The notes under the pieces were generated by a model. The model made no database searches and had not been told where the DNA came from. It was given only the letters and a program-made list of their open reading frames with translations. A program made the position numbers and the translations under genes. Positions 56,405-64,000 of a DNA stretch of 64,000 nucleotides are shown here, piece by piece (position 1 is the stretch's first letter; each line of letters opens with the position of its first letter). The DNA comes from Octopus vulgaris. Its lineage: Eukaryota. The stretch covers positions 18,848,001 to 18,912,000 of the forward strand of contig OX597814.1 in assembly GCA_951406725.2 (NCBI GenBank). The letters run 5' to 3'.

Positions 56405-56523
56405 AGTGACTTGACTGATGAAAAGTGACTTGACTGATGAAAAGTAACTTGACTGATGAAAAGTAACTTGACTGATGAAAAGTAACTTGACTGATGAAAA
56501 GTAACTTGACTGATGAAAAGTAA
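56405..56523. repeat. 19-bp minisatellite, 6 copies
   Basis: agt(g/a)acttgactgatgaaa. Confidence 0.95.
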
Positions 56524-57019
56524 ATAAAACCATACTGATCAATGAAAACGTAGTAATTCAATAGAAAGATAGCAACTTAACAGAATTTAATAGAATAATA
56601 AGAAGCCTAAAAATTTACGAGGAATAGAAGAATATTATACGATGTAAAATGTATCTCAAGCAAACTAAATGTTACGATTTTATTGAAATGAATGTCTGTA
56701 CTTGAATTGAAGAGTACCAACCAAACTAATGGAATAATGCCGACTTAAATAAAGAATAGAAAATTTAGGGACGGAATTTAAACGCCAGAATTTGGTGGAA
56801 GAAGAGCACATACAAATGCAAACACACACACACACTCACTCATACACACATATGCATTTATAGAGATGTACTTTATGTATACGACACACTGTACATCTTT
56901 CTGTCAATCTCTCTTTCTCTGTCCGTCTCTCTCCTTTTCTCTGTCAATGTATATATAAGTGCGTATATAATATGATACATATATATACAAAGTAATATAT
57001 ATCTTTATAAATGTATATT

Positions 57020-57340
57020 GGAAGCGCAATGGCCCAGTGGTTAGGGCAGCGGACTCGCGGTCGGAGGATCGCGGTTTCGATTCCCAGAGCGGGCGTTGTG
57101 AGTGTTTATTGAGCGAAAACACATAAAGCTCCACGAAGCTCCGGTGGAGAGTGGGGGCGACCCCTGTGGTACTCTTTCACCTCAAATTTCTCTCACTCTT
57201 TCTTCCTGTTTCTTGAGTAACGCTGCGATGGACTGGAGTCCCGTCCAGCTGGGGGGAGCACATACGAACATAGAAACCAGGAAACCGGGCCCATGAGCAT
57301 GACTAGGCTTGAAAAGGGCGCATAAATAATAAAAATAAAA
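57020..57340 (+). mobile_element. SINE family A, tail type 2, 13-bp TSD
   Basis: TSD ataaatgtatatt at 57007-57019 and 57341-57353. Confidence 0.9.
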
Positions 57341-57685
57341 ATAAATGTATATTATGATTATATGTAAATAAAATCCCAATGTCGCTATTCAGAAGAACAT
57401 GGTTAGGAAACCTAGAATGAAATACTCAGGACTGAGTGTGAGAATTTGTATTATGATAATCGTGTCCAACGGAAAGAATTTTGTTTTACTTGGCGAAAAA
57501 TCAGCGACGAAACAAAATGGCCTTTGTGCATTTAAATGGAGCTATAATTCCAGACGAAACTAAAAACAAATAAATAAATAAGTAAAAAAAAAAAGCAAAA
57601 TTACTCGATATGCTCTTGTAGACGTCCTCGTTGCGCGTAGTGTGTATCTTGTTGAAACACAGCCGAAGCACTTTGGTACTGAAAT

Positions 57686-58069
57686 GGATAGAAGCACTCC
57701 GTCGGTTACGACGACGAGGGTTCCGGTTGATCCGATCAACGGAACAGCCTGCTCGTGAAATTAACGTGTAAGTGGCTGAGCACTCCACAGACACGTGTAC
57801 TCTTAACGTAGTTCTCGGGGATATTCAGCGTGACACAGAGAGTGACAAGGCCGGCCCTTTGAAATACAGGTACAACAGAAACAGGAAGTAAGAGTGAGAG
57901 AAAGTTGTGGTGAAAGAGTACAGCAGGGATCACCACCATCCCTGCCGGAGCCTCGTGGAGCTTTAGGTGTTTTCGCTCAATAAACACTCACAATGCCCGG
58001 TCTGGGAATCGAAACCGCGATCCTACGACCGCGAGTCCGCTGCCCTAACCACTGGGCCATTGCGCCTCC
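57686..58069 (-). mobile_element. SINE family A, tail type 1, 13-bp TSD
   Basis: TSD ttggtactgaaat at 57673-57685 and 58070-58082. Confidence 0.93.
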
Positions 58070-58111
58070 TTGGTACTGAAATAACTACAGACCGAATTCA
58101 CACATGTACAT

Positions 58112-58163
<52 letters not shown>

Positions 58164-58827
58164 ATTTGGCTCAAAAGCAAATAGCAAGGCCATGTAGGGG
58201 GACATGGAGTTAAGTACAGGGTGGTGTTCATGTAAAGAGTTCAGGCCACTTGAGGTCCAGGGAGGCTTTGAACAAAGCGGTCGTCGGCATCTTCACCATC
58301 TCGTCTGGCAGCTTGTTCCACGGATCCGCAACCCGGACGGAGAAAGCTCCTCTCCTTCGATTGAGATGAAATCGTCGCAGGTAGAGCTTTTCGGAATGAC
58401 CCCGCAGCCGACGCTCTGGAGCAGGAGTAAAGAACAGCTCTTTCGAGAGGTTACACTTTCCGCTTATGATGTTGTGGGCGAGAATGAGATCACCACGGCG
58501 GCGGCGTTTTTCAAGAGAATAAAGGTCGAGCGTCCTCAGCCTTTCTTCGTAGGACAAATTTTTGAGACCATGAACCATGCGGGTAGCCAGCTTCTGGACT
58601 CTTTCGAGATGCTGTATGTCTTTGAGGAGATAAGGAGAAGAGGCTTGAATCCCATACTCCAATATGGGTCTCACCAGCGTGACATAGAGTGGTAGGAATA
58701 TGGCTGCTGTGAGCATTCCGAATGACCGTCGTATCAAGAACAGTATTCCGCGTGCTTTGTTGGCAGCATGGACGCACTGGGCCGAAGGGGAAAAGGAGGA
58801 ATCCACCAAGATACCCAGGTCCTTTAC
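58112..58827 (-). mobile_element. 5'-truncated CR1-clade LINE (ORF2 C-terminus, 3' UTR, (TAAC)n tail)
   Basis: VKDLGILVD..LYVTLVRPILEYG..LERVQKLATRMV..LSYEERL..SLEKRRRRGDLI..RGHSEKL..FSVRVADPWNKLP; frame is uninterrupted. Confidence 0.93.
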
Positions 58828-59216
58828 ATGCAAAAATACACACATACAAACACACAGCCATGAATATAAACCCACACAAATATACACAGCTATATATAAA
58901 AATACGTGGCACATCTGACAGACTGCTTCTGTACAGTTTCCGTCAACCGTATACAAAAACATACACATATAACACCGAAAATCTCTTACAGACTCAAGTA
59001 AATACATGAAATGATACAAGCATAGACACATGATATATATTCTCATTGAAATTATGTACTGTTTTCCACGCATATAACCTCATAAGAATGTGTTAACTTT
59101 CAGACACACTTGCACACTCACATGGATATCTATCCTATACACATGGGTGAGAGGTTTCTTAATGGAAAATATAAAATATATAAAATTAAATACAAAGGAT
59201 TGTGAGCGTGTACACA

Positions 59217-59269
<53 letters not shown>

Positions 59270-60140
59270 AATTGAGATAGGGGTTGTAAATGCAACCCTC
59301 CATGGGATAATATATGTCCAATATACTGCTAGTGAAGTACCCAACAAAGTTAATACATAAATGTTAATGATTGCGATGCAATCAATTCATTTACTGTATT
59401 ATATGGGCAAAAAATGATTTACCCCAAATTACTAATACAAGATAAGAAAATGGAGAAATACATCTAAATCAAATATCACTTACCAGATAATACTCAATCA
59501 CATACTTTATTAAACCACCACATAAGAGACTGTAGGGTTAGATATAAAAAGCAGAACAACTCAATGTACATAAAGGAATGTACATAAAAAGTGTACATAA
59601 AAAAGTAATGTTGTATAATAAGTAGAATATATATAAAAGAGAATATAAATATAAGAAAATATAAAAATATAAGTATAGATTATATATATATACATGTAGA
59701 TAGATATATATATATATAATACTTCGTTTTTAGATTTGGTTTGCAAGATTCTTTATATGAGTTCGTGTGTTGAAGCATATTCGTTGCGTCTTGCAACCTT
59801 TTCAATAGTCTTGAAAGTAAAAATAAGAAATAAATGGAAATTGTTACCGGTGAGTGTGTTCAATTATGAGGCAAAAAAGAAAATGACTCTCCCCAGACAC
59901 AAAAGTATATATAATACAATATACTAAATATATTATAATATAGGTGGCCTGTTAGCAATTAAAAACCTAAAGGCAAATTAATAAACGAAGGTACAAAATA
60001 GAACCAGCATTGCTAGAAATAAGGGTAACAATGGACTCGAAGAGCAACAAAAGGCCCTCAGTCGATGAGTTGACGAAAGAGAGGAGCGAGAAAGCACCTT
60101 ACCGTGGTGAGGCAAAGTCATAAATGAAGTAACAGATATA

Positions 60141-60196
60141 TCCATCTCATGGGATTTCGGACGCTGGTTACTTTAATCTTAGTTCTCGTCAGTGGA
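60141..60196 (-). ncRNA. Degenerate hammerhead motif
   Basis: Minus: UCCA-CUGACGA-GAAC..GUCC-GAAAUCCCAUGAGAUGGA; the cleavage-site nucleotides appear to be deleted. Confidence 0.45.
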
Positions 60197-60567
60197 GCTT
60201 ACTGTGCTCAGTGTTAAAGTGTAACTCACCTCATGCAACTCAGGAGATGAAACGTAAAAGTATGCAGACAGACACACAGATAGACATTCATACACACATA
60301 CGTATACGCTCATCCATCGAGCCATCCATCCACCCATCCATCAAGCCATCCATACATATATAGGCACTTAAATTCATTAACGCATATATTCATAAATATT
60401 GGTATATATACAAATGTGCGTTATATTACACATTCACACACACACACGCACACACACAAATACACTCACACACACACACTCATTCACTCTCACTCTCACA
60501 CACATTCAAACGCACACATACATGCGCACGCGCGCACACACATGCGTACGCGCACACACACATATAT

Positions 60568-60568
<1 letters not shown>

Positions 60569-60635
<67 letters not shown>

Positions 60636-60669
60636 GTAGGTAGGTAGGTAGGTAGGTAGGTAGGTAGGT

Positions 60670-60737
<68 letters not shown>

Positions 60738-60754
60738 GTAGGTAGGTAGGTAAG

Positions 60755-60822
<68 letters not shown>

Positions 60823-60825
60823 CAG
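60569..60825. repeat. (GATA)n/(GGTA)n array
   Basis: Direct reading. Confidence 0.95.
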
Positions 60826-61546
60826 ACATATATATACAGAGAGATAATATGTAGGTATACATGTATTTATACATTCATATTATGTATGGCTATGTATAGA
60901 TATACATATATATTTATATATGCATAAATATATATGTGTATACACATACATAAATTACGTATGTGTGTGTGTGTGCATGTGTGCATAATTCATCCATCCA
61001 TACACATACATACATACATTACATACATACAAACATACGCATGCAAATACACACAATTTCATAGACAACAAATACTTTTTCTAACAATAAGTAGAGTCGG
61101 AAAATAACGTTGAAGGCAACGTCCATGAAACAAAAACGTACGGAAATCAAAATGGGAGGTTTACAAAAACGTAAAGATTAGGGGGTGGTTATACGAATGA
61201 ATAGAAAGTTCAGATAACACACAAGAGTTTACATATTTTACTCGAAAAGAGGAAGAGACGAATACAAAAAGGGGACCAAACTATGCAAACACACAATAGC
61301 AAAAAAAAAAATATTTTAAGAATATTATGTGGAAATACAGAGAAAATACAAGAACATATGGAGAATGTATACACATAGGCACATGCGTATATAGAAAAAC
61401 AGAAAACGAGGTTTTCTCATTTATTTATCTAGTAATTCATGATCTATAGTATTCGTGATTGATGGCTGAGTAAATGATAAAGAATTATATATATTTTTTG
61501 TACATGATCGTATTTTTTTTGCTGTGCTTTACTAATTTCTTGATTA

Positions 61547-61601
<55 letters not shown>

Positions 61602-61752
61602 CTGTGTGTGTGTATGTATATATATAATATATATGTGTGTGTGTATACAGATACATACATATATGTATGCATATATATATATATATGTATGTATACATAT
61701 GCACATAATTATACGAATATATATATGTATGTATATATATATATATATTATA

Positions 61753-61853
<101 letters not shown>

Positions 61854-62910
61854 CATACGTATACTATTATGAAGTTATATATTATTTTTCACACACACAG
61901 TTACGTATGCATATAATACGTCTATATACACACACACACCGCACATGCACATACCTATATATACACAAATATTTGATTCAGTTTCATTTTCATTTTTATT
62001 ATCTTTTTCATTTAAATTATATATTCTAAAGAGGAATAAAATAAAATGAAATAAAATTATTTTTTTAAAACATGTTAGAGGAGTGAAAAAAATAATTTTA
62101 AAGAAAAATCGAATGAATTCAAATATCAGAAACAAATCCTACCAAAAAAAAAAAAGAATAATAATGATAATAGCCATATAAGAGACGGTGGTGGAGGTGG
62201 TGATGGTGATGGTGGTGGTAGTGGTGGTGGTGTTGGTGTTGGTGTTGGTGGTGGTGGTGGTGTTGGTGGTAATAATAATCAGCCGATATATAGATGATTT
62301 AAAGTTGTTGTTAAAGAGAGAGAGAAAAAAGTAAAAACAGAAGAGAAAAAAAAAAATGAGAGAATTCTGAATTTGTCGAGGACAAGAACTTTGAAGCTTC
62401 AGGAGAATCATGATACACAGCATGAAAGCCTCTTGCACCCAATTATACGTCACAGTGTCAACTAATTGCAGTCTTTTGTTAAGTTTAGGAGAGAACACAG
62501 CAAATGATTGAAAGTAAAGTTGGAAAACAAATCCAAAAAAAAAATTAATGAAATTTATATAGAAATGAGCGGACTTTCTATAGAAATTATACTTGCAATG
62601 TCTATGAAATATGTATACTCCAAATATATACGTATACATAGAGATACACACACATACACACACTTATACACACGTACACATACTGAGACATACCTATGTG
62701 CATGTGTGTGTGTCTGTATTTGTATGTGTTTGTCTGTGTGTTTGCGTGTTCGTGAGTATGTGTATGTATATACATATTCATGCATACATACATGCATACA
62801 TATACGTATGTAATACATTCGTATCTACAAATGTACAAATATATATACATGTATAGGTATATACATACATACTTATACACACACACGCACACACACAGAC
62901 ATATATATGT

Positions 62911-63010
<100 letters not shown>

Positions 63011-63070
63011 GATTTATATATGTACATCTGTGTGTGTCTGTGTGAGTTTTCGTGGGCGTGAGTACGTGCG

Positions 63071-63103
<33 letters not shown>

Positions 63104-63135
63104 GCATATTCATACGTAAGTATATATGAATATAC

Positions 63136-63170
<35 letters not shown>

Positions 63171-63186
63171 CTTACATATACACACA

Positions 63187-63217
<31 letters not shown>

Positions 63218-63503
63218 GTATATTGTGTTTTGTATACATAATTGTGTCTCACTTCCACCTGCAAATTTCATTAAGTATATATAGCTGTATCACATTGACG
63301 TACATGTGTTTATATATACATGCACGCACGCGCACACACAAACACAATAACACATGCACAAACATATATACACATATACATATACAGTCATGTACATAAA
63401 CATCTATGTATATATGCATGGATATGTGTGTATGTATGTGATTATTATACACCTCTGTATATGATTCAGTGTGCCTGCGTGTGTATATGTGTATATATGT
63501 GTT

Positions 63504-63537
<34 letters not shown>

Positions 63538-63716
63538 GTAGGGTCTGTATGTCTGTGCAGAGCATACAGTGGGATTTTAATTAAACGAACACCTAATACA
63601 CATAATTCTTGCATGATTCTGGTTCGTGAATTCCGCTGTTGTCGGAAGCGTTGCTGGTAATTCTTCATGTCCACGTATAGTTACTTTCATGTATACACAC
63701 TGACACAAACACAAAA

Positions 63717-63756
<40 letters not shown>

Positions 63757-63762
63757 ACACAA

Positions 63763-63813
<51 letters not shown>

Positions 63814-64000
63814 CATATATATATGTATATATTTATATGCATATATGTATGTATATATATGTATGGGTGTGTCTGTGTTTGTGTGATTGATTACTTTTCT
63901 ATTTTTTCTATCCACATATCTACATCTGTCGTTCGATCGTACTTCTTTAATTTGCAGAATGTAAAACTTGGTGAACTTTAAAGATTCCTTATATATATAT

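Noticed and set aside
56405-56523. CRISPR-like array
   Set aside because: No spacers, no cas genes, eukaryotic context.
58204-58695. 163-aa plus-strand ORF
   Set aside because: Antisense shadow of the CR1 ORF2.

Overview
AT-rich animal genomic DNA with no supportable host protein-coding exon, so it is most likely intronic or intergenic. The repeat repertoire (tRNA-derived SINE families, very long (TA)n/(TACA)n/(GATA)n and trinucleotide tracts) looks like an octopus or other coleoid cephalopod genome; this is an inference from my recognition of the repeats. Nearly all listed ORFs are microsatellite artefacts. The real coding remnants belong to mobile elements: a Penelope-like element (RT C-terminus plus GIY-YIG), a young CR1-type LINE 3' end, two RTE 3' ends, R4/Dong-like restriction-like-endonuclease (RLE) fragments in (TACA)n arrays, mariner/Tc1 remnants, MITEs and Helitron-like elements. 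The main non-ORF signal is eight type I hammerhead-ribozyme motifs (three with intact cores, one a compensated U3-A8 variant). They are unrelated in flanking sequence, all have a palindromic or near-palindromic stem III, and most sit in short cassettes next to (TA)n/(CA)n microsatellites. Other notable items are a near-perfect 252-bp inverted repeat next to one ribozyme, an apparently (CATA)n-targeting RLE retrotransposon, and modular or chimeric SINEs. All coordinates, pairings and translations were read by eye.
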